Shown piece after piece: positions 12,943-26,007 of a stretch of 64,000 bases of DNA. The notes under the pieces are model-generated. The model was not told the origin of the DNA, made no database searches, and saw only the letters and a program-made list of their open reading frames with translations. Where the stretch lies: assembly GCA_964016885.1 (NCBI GenBank), contig OZ024741.1:399342001-399406000 (forward strand). The letters are read 5' to 3'. Position numbers and translations under genes: made by a program. The DNA comes from Eledone cirrhosa. Taxonomy: Eukaryota. The first letter of the stretch is position 1, and every line of letters begins with the position of its first letter.

Positions 12943-13151
12943 ATCGATTGTGTTGTTATTTCTGTTTACCTTTTACATGTATATAGTGTACTGCAACACT
13001 CATATTTTTCTATTTCTCCGAGGGTTATAAACCCCACTATCAGGCTAGAAATTTCTTTAGTCTAAAATACGGTGAAAGCTTATAATTTCTAATTTCAAAC
13101 TCGCGCACCTGTTTCAAAAACATACTTACATGTTTACGTTTATAATTTGCT

Positions 13152-13242
<91 letters not shown>

Positions 13243-13760
13243 GCACACACATGCACGCACACACACACCCAGACACATATACACACAAACATACGTACAC
13301 ATATATATATTTACTGGTCATTTGTTCAATACAAAGCTTGACCACAACAGTGAACATGATGCTTTTTTCTGGTATGAGATTTTATGTAGCTTTTGAGACC
13401 AGACACTTTTAAAAAGTTGTCATAAATTACAAATTAGTTTTGGTGCAATTTGAACTAGCAGAGTGGTCTGATCATGATCAACCTTGAAATGTTTCTTGAG
13501 ACATTTCATGTGATAGGCAAATCCTATAGCATTTGTGTCATTAATAAGGGGAACTGGTTGTTATGTTATATCGTCAGTAGGAAGTGCTAGACTATGTGTT
13601 CTGAGGATGACGTTTTTTACAAAATTATATAAACCTTTATATGTGAAGAGATGTGTAAGATGTTTGTAAGATCGAGAAAACCAAACGAGTATCAACGTTC
13701 ATCTACAGATACCTCGTTGTCTAACGACAGCAACAGTTGACTGATAAAATGACAAGTCAG

Positions 13761-14040
13761 TCAATCATTGGTGGCCTCCCCCACAGCCCCGGTGGACAGA
13801 ATGGAGAAGGCGTTTCTCCGGAAGATGGCAAGGGAGAGGCGCTGGAAAAGCCATTCCAATTCGTGAGGCTCACACCTGCGGCTGGCCAACTCAGCGCTTA
13901 TGGTAGTGAGTAGGGAGGTAGCCCTAGAGCCGAGGGAACCAGAAGTCTCCACTGCCAAGGGTACGACCGCAAACCTGTCGGAGAGTGACAGGTATTTGGA
14001 GAGTTTGGCCTCCTCAGCCCGACGTGCAGCAGAACCCGGA
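13761..14040 (-). mobile_element. 3' fragment of a CRE-like non-LTR retrotransposon (REL endonuclease C-terminus)
   Basis: Translation GSAARRAEEAKLSKYLSLSDRFAVVPLAVETSGSLG...LFQRLSLAIFRRNA matches the AExxKxxKY...P(L/F)AVETxG...QR(L)SxAxxRxNA pattern of restriction-like-endonuclease LINEs. Confidence 0.75.
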
Positions 14041-14724
14041 AGAAAAGTTCCACTAATAGATCCTCTTCAGTCAGCAATGACCATTGTTCTGCGACTAGAA
14101 AGTTCCCCTTTGAGCCACATATCCGAGAAAGGTTGTTTGTGTAAGTCCAGCAGTCACCCATGTATATCAGTCTCACCTCTACATGTCATATATGTTGTCC
14201 CAGGGAAAGGCAATGACCGATACATCTTGGTTCCAGTGACGCCACAACTCATTTCTACAGCTGAGTGAACTGGAGCAATGTGAAATAAAGGGTTTTGCTA
14301 AAGAACACAACTTATGATTGTGGGCTCAACGCTCTAACTACCAAGCCACGCACATTCATATATATATATATATATATATATAGGAACGAGTAGGATCCCG
14401 ACGGCTGAGGTCAAGCCGTTTCGACGGCTAATTTAGGCGTCCAGAATTAGCCGTCGAAACGGCTTGAGCTCAGCCGTCGGGATCCTACTCGTTCCTATTA
14501 TCCACTCTACTACCGTAAGTATTGAGTACTTTGGTGCGTTATGGTCCACCTGATTCCTTACCACATTTCCTTCGTTATATATATATATATATATATACTG
14601 GATAAATACAAGAGTATGATGGAGAAATTTAAGACGTTTTATTAGTCTTTTATATGTTCCAACAAGAGGAAATATGAAATAAGGAAATGCCAAGAATTTC
14701 GCTTAAACTGCATTTCAGTAAATA

Positions 14725-14825
14725 TATACAGAAATATGTAGAAATATATAGAAATATGTAGAAATATGTAGAAATATGTAGAAATATATAGAAATATATA
14801 GAAATATGTAGAAATTTGTAAAAAT
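14725..14825. repeat. 10-bp minisatellite AGAAATAT(A/G)T
   Basis: About 9 tandem units read directly. Confidence 0.9.
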
Positions 14826-15013
14826 ATATCTATGAACTAAAATGTGAGCATTAAATATATAGATTCAGCTAAATATGTAATTTCACATCACTGGTGTATG
14901 GTGAGAGATACGACATAGAATACAACGTGAGAGTCGGAGATCCCCCTTTGAAAAACTGGGTTTGTGGGGATGATGTTAGTACATGGAGTTATTATATAAT
15001 ACTATGTAGCTGT

Positions 15014-15250
15014 GGAGGCACATGGCTTAGTGGTTAGAGCATTGGGCTTGTAATCGAAAGGTTGTGAGTTCAATTCTCAGACCGGGTGATGTGTTGTTTC
15101 CTTGAGCAAGACACTTTATTTCACGTTGCTCCAGTTTACTCAGCTGTAGAAATGAGATGATAGGGACTGGGGTCCCTTTCATTAAATTACCCAAGATACC
15201 TTGGAGGTGGCCAGCTAAACCTGCATAGGTGTGAGCTGTCACACACACAC
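15014..15250 (+). mobile_element. tRNA-derived CORE-like SINE family 2 (other copies 14200-14358 -, 24420-24690 -, 41980-42232 -, 54560-54722 -, 59118-59342 +)
   Basis: A-box TGGCTTAGTGG, B-box GAGTTCAATTC, CORE-like CCTTGAGCAAGACACTT. Confidence 0.85.
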
Positions 15251-16194
15251 ACTATGTAGCTGAAGTGAAATTGTTCTTATTCATACACACACATACACAC
15301 AAACATACAAACACGTACACATACAAACACTTGTACACACAAAAAAAACACACAGACACATACACACAAACACATACATGCACACATACAAACACATGTA
15401 CACAGCAACACACACAGACAAACATGTAAACAGACACAAACACATAGACACATGCAAACACAAACACACTCACAAACAAACATAGAAACACACACATGCA
15501 AACACAAACGCACACAGACACAAACACACAGACACATACACACACACAGACAAACATTCAAACACACACACACAGACAGACATAGAAGCACACACGCACA
15601 CAAACACATAGACACATGCAAACATATGCAAACACAAACACACAAAGACACACAGACACAAACATACACACACATACACACAGACACAAACATTCACACA
15701 CATACACACAAAGACACATACACTCAATGACACACAAATGATAACATAAGAACTGTGTTTACTTAGGTCCTCGTAACTTGATCGTTTATAGCAAGATATA
15801 TTATTATAGAAAATGGCGTTGTTTCTCTCACGAATAAAGGTTTATTGCTTACAATAAAACATGTTTGGGGTGAAATGACAATTGAAATATCACGTTGTTT
15901 GCAGCTATGCTATGCATATGTGTTCATGAGATACATAACTATCCCCCCCCTCTCTCTGTCTCTCTCTGTCTGTCCCCCCCTATCTCTCCCCCCCTCTCTC
16001 TCTCTATATATATATATATAGTTATCTTGATGTTTATACTCTATTAATGCATTGAGTACCTTACTGTGTTTACTCCCGATTGAACCCTGGACTCTTTCCT
16101 CCCACACATATATATATATATACACACACACAAAATACACGTATATATATATATATATATATACATACAGACAAACACACACGTATATATATAT

Positions 16195-17553
16195 AACACC
16201 CACGTCCCGTAGGGCCTACATAGGGTTAACCGCCAATAGTTGCAAGCAGCGTCTTTACATGCATACCCATTCTTTTCGTTACCCTCTAAAAAGGAATATG
16301 ACGTCACTTTCAGCTTATATCTGGAGTCTAAAAGACAACCACACCCAATATAAGTTACACTGTCAGATCCTAGCTAGGGCTAGATCGTATTACGGAAATA
16401 AAAGACCATGTGACCTCTGCGCCGCTGAGGCCCTGGAAATACCCTACGCCACAGACCACATCTTAAACAAAAAATCTGAGGCAATTTCGGCCTGTAAACA
16501 TAAATTGCACAAAACTTTCCTGTATTACAGCCCCACGTTATACTCTAACGGATAGCACGATCTATACGTGGATATTTTACGTCTTGATTTGGGAGCTAAG
16601 TATATGTTTTGTTTATTCCTTTACTTATTTGCATAGGTAAGTATATATTACCCGTATGTTTTGTGAAGGTATGTATACCTTCTCGTACGTATATTTGACT
16701 TATGGCGTATAATTTTTACATATTCTGGTATTTAGGGTTTGGTTATGTGTATACGGGAGTTTTGCGTCTGCGTGAGTATGCAGGTTCGTACGTATGGTGG
16801 GTGTGTGTATATGTGTACTTCTTGTTTTAGTTGACTTACGTCTCCGAACATTCGTGTATTTATTTGTAGGCAGGTGTGTACGCTTGTTATATACGTATTT
16901 ATTTACTTATATACGTTTATATAATTATTTATTTATTTGTACACAAGCATACACACACACACATATTTATATGTGCGTGGTTTTGTATACCTATGGTAAG
17001 GTTTTGGGTATGCTTGTGTATGTACGTATCTGTTTGCGTGTATGTATTTATTTGTTTCTATTACTTCTGTATTGTATTTATTTACTTTGTTCTTAACTCT
17101 GTAGCGGAGATTCATTTGGTCTCCTAGTTATAATTTTAGTCTACGACTTCTGCTATACCATTTACGGGGTTTTGTCTTTGCGTGCTATTGTTCTCCACGC
17201 TCCACATATGACATATTATCTTCGTTTTTTCGTTCATTGCCAGAGAACGTCTCTATGCACCACCTAAGAGAACATTAGTCTACGACCTCTTTTATACCAT
17301 AAACGTGGTTCTGTCTTTGCGCGTAATTGTTTTTCACCGCTCCTATTAATGACGTATTATTCGTTTTTCCCCGTTCTTTGCCAGCGAACGTTACCACGAA
17401 CCAAAGTATCGTCTTCCTGTCTTCCTCCGGTTGCAACGTTTTTTGAAATATCCAGTTCTGCGTTTACAGATTGACTTTGTTGGTTTCAGAAGATCCCGTT
17501 AAGGGTGAAAGCAGCGATTCTTTGCTTAAACTTTAATCTGTTATTTTAATAAA
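16195..17553 (+). mobile_element. 5'-truncated Penelope-like element: GIY-YIG endonuclease C-terminal half (to 16555) plus long 3' region ending in (TA)n
   Basis: AYIGLTANSCKQRLYMHTHSF...TSLSAYIWSLK...CDLCAAEALEI...LNKKSEAISACKH is the typical PLE GIY-YIG tail. The 3' end recurs at 53428-53560. Confidence 0.8.
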
Positions 17554-17723
17554 TATATATATATATTGGAATAAATGCTCTGAAATAGCGATATATATGT
17601 GAATATAGACATAGAATATTCGAAAATATTCTGTATGTTTATAATAAACATTTTGAAGACCTAATCGCTATAGAATAGAATACGTCACGTATTACAATTA
17701 GATTCTCGATAAAAGCAAGGGAA

Positions 17724-17766
17724 GTAATCTACGCGTTTCATTCTTGTTAGAAATCATCAGGACTAC
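17724..17766 (-). ncRNA. Type I hammerhead of array 1 (also 18034-18076, 18344-18386, 18654-18696)
   Basis: Reverse complement of GTAGTC CTGATGA TTTCT-aaca-AGAAT GAAA CGCG TA GATTAC. Confidence 0.9.
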
Positions 17767-18878
17767 ATATCCAGTGCTTTTATCGAGAATGACACAGCTA
17801 GAGACTTATAGAATACTTAGCTGTGTACAGGAACTGGTTTGAAAGAGCGGTTGCCGGTCCGGCAGAAATTAGAAATTGGAATAAATGCTCTGAAATAGCG
17901 ATATATATGTGAATATAGACATAGAATATTCGAAAATATTCTGTATGTTTATAATAAACATTTTGAAGACCTAATCGCTATAGAATAGAATACGTCACGT
18001 ATTACAATTAGATTCTCGATAAAAGCAAGGGAAGTAATCTACGCGTTTCATTCTTGTTAGAAATCATCAGGACTACATATCCAGTGCTTTTATCGAGAAT
18101 GACACAGCTAGAGACTTATAGAATACTTAGCTGTGTACAGGAACTGGTTTGAAAGAGCGGTTGCCGGTCCGGCAGAAATTAGAAATTGGAATAAATGCTC
18201 TGAAATAGCGATATATATGTGAATATAGACATAGAATATTCGAAAATATTCTGTATGTTTATAATAAACATTTTGAAGACCTAATCGCTATAGAATAGAA
18301 TACGTCACGTATTACAATTAGATTCTCGATAAAAGCAAGGGAAGTAATCTACGCGTTTCATTCTTGTTAGAAATCATCAGGACTACATATCCAGTGCTTT
18401 TATCGAGAATGACACAGCTAGAGACTTATAGAATACTTAGCTGTGTACAGGAACTGGTTTGAAAGAGCGGTTGCCGGTCCGGCAGAAATTAGAAATTGGA
18501 ATAAATGCTCTGAAATAGCGATATATATGTGAATATAGACATAGAATATTCGAAAATATTCTGTATGTTTATAATAAACATTTTGAAGACCTAATCGCTA
18601 TAGAATAGAATACGTCACGTATTACAATTAGATTCTCGATAAAAGCAAGGGAAGTAATCTACGCGTTTCATTCTTGTTAGAAATCATCAGGACTACATAT
18701 CCAGTGCTTTTATCGAGAATGACACAGCTAGAGACTTTATATATCGCTATTTCAGAGCATTTATTCCAATTTCTAATTTCTGCCGGACCGGCAACCGCTC
18801 TTTCAAACCAGTTCCTGTACACAGCTAAGTATTCTATAAGTCTCTAGCTGTGTCATTCTCGATAAAAGCACTGGATAT

Positions 18879-18921
18879 GTAGTCCTGATGATTTCTAACA
18901 AGAATGAAACGCGTAGATTAC
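18879..18921 (+). ncRNA. Type I hammerhead of array 1 (also 19189-19231, 19499-19541)
   Basis: GTAGTC CTGATGA TTTCT-aaca-AGAAT GAAA CGCG TA GATTAC; stem I is extended by a 16-bp helix ATTCTCGATAAAAGCA/TGCTTTTATCGAGAAT (18855-18870/18928-18943). Confidence 0.9.
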
Positions 18922-19962
18922 TTCCCTTGCTTTTATCGAGAATCTAATTGTAATACGTGACGTATTCTATTCTATAGCGATTAGGTCTTCAAAATGTTTA
19001 TTATAAACATACAGAATATTTTCGAATATTCTATGTCTATATTCACATATATATCGCTATTTCAGAGCATTTATTCCAATTTCTAATTTCTGCCGGACCG
19101 GCAACCGCTCTTTCAAACCAGTTCCTGTACACAGCTAAGTATTCTATAAGTCTCTAGCTGTGTCATTCTCGATAAAAGCACTGGATATGTAGTCCTGATG
19201 ATTTCTAACAAGAATGAAACGCGTAGATTACTTCCCTTGCTTTTATCGAGAATCTAATTGTAATACGTGACGTATTCTATTCTATAGCGATTAGGTCTTC
19301 AAAATGTTTATTATAAACATACAGAATATTTTCGAATATTCTATGTCTATATTCACATATATATCGCTATTTCAGAGCATTTATTCCAATTTCTAATTTC
19401 TGCCGGACCGGCAACCGCTCTTTCAAACCAGTTCCTGTACACAGCTAAGTATTCTATAAGTCTCTAGCTGTGTCATTCTCGATAAAAGCACTGGATATGT
19501 AGTCCTGATGATTTCTAACAAGAATGAAACGCGTAGATTACTTCCCTTGCTTTTATCGAGAATCTAATTGTAATACGTGACGTATTCTATTCTATAGCGA
19601 TTAGGTCTTCAAAATGTTTATTATAAACATACAGAATATTTTCGAATATTCTATGTCTATATTCACATATATATATATATATATTCATATATGGCGTTTA
19701 TTATTTTTATATTTACTATTATATATATATAGTTGATAAATGAAAGAAAACAAGCACAGGGATGCAAAAATACAAAGTCATATTAGATTAACGCTTGGAG
19801 GAAGTGGAGGAGTTAATATGGTTTTACAGTGCACGTGTCGTATCTATTAGTAGCGGCATCTCTGAAGTCACCTCGACATGGTGAAATGATAGTTATTTTA
19901 GAAAAAACAAAACAAAACAAAACAAAAACCGAATCGCACCCCAAACTGTTGATTATATACAT

Positions 19963-20021
<59 letters not shown>

Positions 20022-20201
20022 AAATTATAAGAAACGAAAGGAGCTCAGTGGTTACTGTAAACAAAGTTTAAGATGGTAGTATAGACGAAACAAGAGAAGA
20101 AAAGAAATCCTTCATCAGCTGTAAAACCGAGATCAAGATGTTTCGGCCCTTAATACAGGACATCTAAAAGCGATCAGCGGCGCGCCCAAGGCCATTTATA
20201 T

Positions 20202-20415
<214 letters not shown>

Positions 20416-20495
20416 GTTATTCCGGGTTGAATCGGAGGTAACCACAGTAAGTAAGGTACTCAATACATAGCAGAGTATAAAGTTTTAATATAGAT

Positions 20496-20548
20496 GAGAT
20501 TCTACAGGACTAGAACTGTTTCATTCATTAGAAATCATCAGGAATCTC
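20496..20548 (-). ncRNA. Type I hammerhead ribozyme, family B (in fold-back element 20415-20603; the inverted plus copy 20549-20597 has GAAA->CAAA)
   Basis: GAGATTC CTGATGA TTTC-taat-GAAT GAAA CAG-ttctagtc-CTG TA GAATCTC; 7-bp stem I, 4-bp stem III, GUA site. Confidence 0.88.
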
Positions 20549-20600
20549 GATTCCTGATGATTTCTAATGAATCAAACAGTTCTAGTCCTGTAGAATCTCA

Positions 20601-20754
<154 letters not shown>

Positions 20755-21067
20755 TACATACACACACATTTATATATATATTAGAAAATGTTATAGTTTG
20801 CTTGAAGCATTGTATATGGTATATAACGTTGAAAGAGATAGAAGGCTAAACAATACAAAATGGACTGTAAGATGAGTTAACGAAAAGTTACCTGGTAACC
20901 TTTGTTGTTGTTTTTGTTGTTGTTGTTATTTTTTTCTGTCCAATATTTCGGGACCTAAAAATCCCTTCTTTAGGGGTTAAGGAACTTTCTGAGGATATTG
21001 TTCCAATTTCCTCTCTTTGGGATTAAATTTATATATCTACATATACAACACACACACTCACACACAT

Positions 21068-21127
<60 letters not shown>

Positions 21128-21600
21128 CCACGTGGTTGTGGTGGGTCTGATAACGTTGTTAGAACTCAATGTATCCTTGGAAAGATGGTTGCAGCGAGAT
21201 TAATTGGTGTGAGCAGCAGTTTTTGTGGTAGGTGTTCACCTCTTAAGGTTTCCTTGCATTAAAAGCTTTCACCGAATTTTGTTTAGCTACAGGAAATAAT
21301 TTAATAAAAAGCCATATAAATCCCCATAACGGAGAAAAAACAGATTTTTGTTGTCTTTAAGGAGATTCATACGCCTTCATATGCCTTATTATTAAATTAT
21401 TAAATAATTTTCTGCATCAAAATTCGGTGAAAGCATTTAATTCTATTTTCAAAATGTTCAATTGCTGGCTAATGTTAAAAATCACACGTGTTTATGTACA
21501 TAATAATAATAGTTTTTTTTTTCCCAAAGAAATATTTCTTTCCTTTCTGCCACCTCTCACTTTCCTCTATCTTCTTATTTCTTCTTTAATTTCTCATTCA

Positions 21601-21640
21601 AATTTCTGATGAAAGACTAGCGTCTGAAACGTTAAGAATA
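21601..21640 (+). ncRNA. Minimal hammerhead-like motif, family D (weak stem I)
   Basis: CTGATGA A AGAC-tagc-GTCT GAAA CG TT AAGA; homologous to 54285-54320; degenerate opposite copy at ~21900-21935. Confidence 0.5.
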
Positions 21641-21728
21641 TTTTCCTACTATCAAGCGGAAAACTAATATATTTCTTCATTGTACGGTTTGCCTTGTTAT
21701 TTCTGTTTACCTTTTACACACACACACA

Positions 21729-21792
<64 letters not shown>

Positions 21793-22037
21793 CACACACA
21801 CATATATATATATGAAAAAGTAATCGGAAACAAGAGAGCAAACAGCACAGTGAATTGAAGAAATATATTAGTTGAACGCTTCATATACTAGGCACAGAAT
21901 CTTAAGGTTTCGGACACTAGTCCTTCGTCTGATGATAAAAAATAAAACAGGAAATAGAAAGATTGAGAGTTAGAAGAGGAAGGAATGGAAAAATAATTTT
22001 TGAGAAAAGCACGTGTGTAATCAGTTACACCTTTTGG

Positions 22038-22075
<38 letters not shown>

Positions 22076-22146
22076 ATTATTATTATTATTGTTATAGAAA
22101 TGAATTCTAAAAGATTAGAACTCTATCATTCATAAGAAATCATCAG

Positions 22147-22199
<53 letters not shown>

Positions 22200-22202
<3 letters not shown>

Positions 22203-22650
22203 AACAATGATATTAAATAAATGGAAACTATATTTATAAAACCATATTTATTTGATTATATATATTTCAAGGGTAACCAAGACAACATTGGTACGCTTTC
22301 ATCAGATAAAATACAAAGTTTGTTTTATAAATAGAGACGTACCCATGAAAATCATACCTGATCAGTTGGAAATTCACTGGATAGAATTTCCAACTGATCA
22401 GGTATGATTTTCATGGGTACGTCTCTATTTATAAAACAAACTTTGTATTTTATCTGATGAAAGCGTACCAATGTTGTCTTGGTTACCCTTGAAATATATA
22501 TAATCAAATAAATATGGTTTTATAAATATAGTTTCCATTTATTTAATATCATTGAATATTTACTCCAGTAACTTGTTGAGTGCTCTAAATCCGTTATAAA
22601 CATTTATGTTTGTCGGACTTCCAACAAATTAAATACAACTTCTACTTATA
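22200..22650. mobile_element. Family A fold-back element with divergent hammerheads at 22249-22313 (-) and 22446-22510 (+)
   Basis: Near-perfect palindrome centred ~22378; plus HHR TATTTTAT CTGATGA AAGCGTACCAA-tgttgtc-TTGGTTACCCTT GAAA TATATA TA ATCAAATA. Confidence 0.85.
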
Positions 22651-22667
22651 TATATATATATATATAT

Positions 22668-22832
22668 GCGTCCTGGGTATGACATTAAACTACATCCTGT
22701 GGCAAGGCTCCAGTTCGGAAGTTCAGGAGCTGTGGGGAATGTGGAGTTACCCTTTAGTTGTCATAACTCCCAGGTCTGCTCTGGCCCGGAGTAGTAGTAC
22801 CTGTTAGGGCCCCATTTATGGGTTAAATAACT
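22668..22832 (+). mobile_element. Probable SINE-like interspersed repeat fragment
   Basis: GC-richer block (GGCTCCAGTT...GGGGAATGTGGAG...ACTCCCAGGTC...GTAGTACCTGTTAGGG) resembling an abundant octopus repeat; recalled from memory, not verified. Confidence 0.45.
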
Positions 22833-22991
22833 ACCTTATTCGAGTGGCGCCGGTAAGGTATTATCAGTCATTGAAAAGAACAAGGAGAGTGTATTTAACA
22901 GCACTAGGGTTAGAGCCCCTAACTAATCTCGGGAATTTTACTCGCCTTAGATAGATAGATAGATATACACATACATGCGCGCGCGCGCGCA

Positions 22992-23051
<60 letters not shown>

Positions 23052-23356
23052 TGTAAGCAATAGCCCTAATCCGGTGTAGTTCATGGTAAAGACATATCTG
23101 GCACCGTGTACAATATGTTTATGTCTAATAGTTTCTGATTTAGACACATGGCTAACAATTTTAGGGCGAGGGGAAAGTCGATTATAACGTCCCCAGTGCG
23201 TTACTGGTACTTCATTTTATCCATCTCTTGAGGATGAAAGGCAAATCTAACATCAGAACGCAAAGGGACGTAACTCAATGTCAATAAGCCTGTTCTCCGA
23301 CGCTCTATCGATACTGCTAATCCACCGCCCTTGTATAAAAATTTCTGAATAATAAT

Positions 23357-23900
23357 TGCTTTATTAGCCACACAGGGTTCACATTAAGGAAACATTAAAG
23401 ACAGTATATGACGATATAGTATGGCTTTTTTTGTGTAAAATAAAATTTATAATAGTCTCAGACAACAAACATTTAAAGAACAACCATAACAAATTCCCCA
23501 AAGGTGACGAGACTCTTAGGGTCATTCCTGTATAAATCCTACAAAAGCCATGGTCACTCTGTCCGCTAAGGCAAAGTGCCCTCTCCCAGTTTTCTACTCC
23601 AATCTACAGGTGTATTCTCAAGGCAGACCCATTCTTGCCTCTCTCCCCCACCTTTCAACAAACTGGTTGGAAGGCAGCACTGCCCTCTCCACCCTCATTT
23701 CTCTCTTCAAGTGAAACCTGAAAAAGTTAATCAGGGCTTCGCTGAAGAGGAAAGTGGATGTCCTCAACAGCTTTCAAACACGTCCACCACACGACCTCTT
23801 TCGGTTGGCCACCAGGCAGATAAAAACTTCCTGTCCTTCCCCTCTAAAGGAGGGCGGTAGGGTGACCATCGCAATGAACTCAAAACGACTGGTGACGGGT
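23357..23900 (-). mobile_element. Diverged 3' fragment of a Tx1/L1-type LINE
   Basis: The terminus TTTATTAGCCAC..AGGG matches the 3' ends of the elements at 11450-11470 and 62586. Confidence 0.55.
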
Positions 23901-24708
23901 CTGCAGAGGCAAACATTGTGTATATTTATATAAAAGTGTTATCATATAAGTTAAGCGGAAAAAATAGAATGTGATCAGAAGAAAGAGGGGACTCAGAGGA
24001 ACAAGAAAAGTCATTGTGAAGGTTACAGGATGTGTGACGAAAGAGCTTTCTCAAAAGATTTTCCTTTTTTCTCATTGCTTAATTTTGTTTTTATCTTTCT
24101 CTATCATATTTATGTAATCATCAAAGGGTTTAGGCCAACTGTGTGAATAAAATAAAGAACCACCCGTGAAAAAAAAAATGAATTAGTTACTCTAGTAACA
24201 ATAAAGTGAAGCGAATACAATAGTGCGTGTTTTTATTGGCAACATGACTACCTTTCTCCCCCGCTCTACCCCCTCATTCGCTCGTTATCAGTTAATGAGA
24301 GGTCTAAGAAAGAATGTTCACATCGCAGACCCAACAATCCTTTCCCTAGCACACAGTGCATAGACCCGAAAAAGAATAAGAGATAGATTTATTAGAATTA
24401 AACAGTGTGTGTGTGAGTGACAGCTCACACCTATGTGTGTGTGTGAGTGACAGCTCACACCTATGCAGGTTTAACTGGCCCTCTCCAAGGTATATCTCGT
24501 TGGAGGTGTCTCGGGTAATTTAATGATAGGGACCCCAGTCCTTTCATCTAATTTCTACAGCTGAGTAAACTGGAGCAACGTGAAATAAAGTGTCTTGCTC
24601 AAGGAAACAACACATCATCCGGTCCGAGAATTGAACTCACAACCTTTCGATTGCAAGCCCAATGCTCTAACCACTAAGCCATGTGCCTTCACAGTGATAC
24701 TGGATTAT

Positions 24709-24795
<87 letters not shown>

Positions 24796-24916
24796 TACAT
24801 ACATACATATATATATACATATATACATACATATATATATATATATATACATACATATATACATACACACACACACAAATATATATACACATACACATAT
24901 ATATACACAGTTATAC

Positions 24917-24947
<31 letters not shown>

Positions 24948-25268
24948 TCCGCTATTTTTATATTGTTCTGGCATCTCAAATTAGTACCATTGAACCACAA
25001 ATATTATAAACACCTTGCATATTTCTACAAGTACATAGTACCTGTTGGGGTATTCATCCACTTTTATCATTTTTCTCCTTATGTAGAGAACAAAACGTTG
25101 AATAATGCTGCTGATTTAAGTGGCAATATCAACACGTTTATAATAAACAGCTATTATCTGCGACCTGATTTTGCGTGTGTGTCATTTTAACGGCTTGACC
25201 GCATGCGTTGGGCAGGAAGCGAAATATTTACTTACTGTAGGGCTAGCAACCTTATGGTGTGGAAATAA

Positions 25269-25349
25269 GCTGTCTGAAGATTCATTTCTTTCCATTGGAA
25301 ATTCTCTGGATTTCCAATCTTTTGGAATGATGAAACCGTCGGTAACAGC
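25269..25349 (+). ncRNA. Type I hammerhead ribozyme with long stem II
   Basis: GCTGT CTGAAGA T TCATTTC..ATTGGAAATTC-tct-GGATTTCCAAT..GGAATGA T GAAA CCG-t-CGG TA ACAGC; all three stems pair; GUA site. Confidence 0.85.
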
Positions 25350-25424
25350 AATAGAACAGGTGATTATTTAAATCGTTTTTTAATTTATTTAGAGAATTGT
25401 TTGATAACCGCTTGCTCCGCTATT

Positions 25425-25473
<49 letters not shown>

Positions 25474-25590
25474 AGTGTGTAACTTGGAGTTACTGTAGGT
25501 TCACTCGGGTGAGAAATCGATGTTTAAGTTCACTTCAGTGTCGAGTTGTAGAGCCAGACAGTGTGTATTATAGTGAAAAGATAGCAAGGA

Positions 25591-25635
<45 letters not shown>

Positions 25636-25637
25636 TA

Positions 25638-25675
<38 letters not shown>

Positions 25676-25677
25676 TA

Positions 25678-25904
<227 letters not shown>

Positions 25905-26007
25905 ATATATATGTGTGTGTACATATACATATATATATATATATGTCCCAAGGCTCTGACACCATCAACACTATAAACACAGAGCTGGTATATCTAAGAA
26001 CTGACTA

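Larger units (their letters stand above)
17566..19670. mobile_element. Retrozyme-like array 1: 310-bp tandem unit, ~3.8 copies (HHR on minus) then ~3 inverted copies (HHR on plus), junction ~18737
   Basis: Exact 310-bp period (ATAAATGCTC at 17571/17881/18191/18501); one hammerhead per unit; (TA)n at both ends. Confidence 0.9.

Noticed and set aside
15014-15090. tRNA gene
   Set aside because: The tRNA-like head continues into a CORE-like SINE body and recurs in decayed copies; SINE, not tRNA.
17566-19670. CRISPR array or plain satellite interpretation
   Set aside because: No unique spacers; whole units are identical; eukaryotic context; each unit carries a hammerhead.
20940-20976. Family D hammerheads at 20940 (-), 21900 (-) and 40587 (-) as functional ribozymes
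   Set aside because: Core mutated (CTAAAGA, CAGACGA) or stem I unpaired; counted only as remnants.
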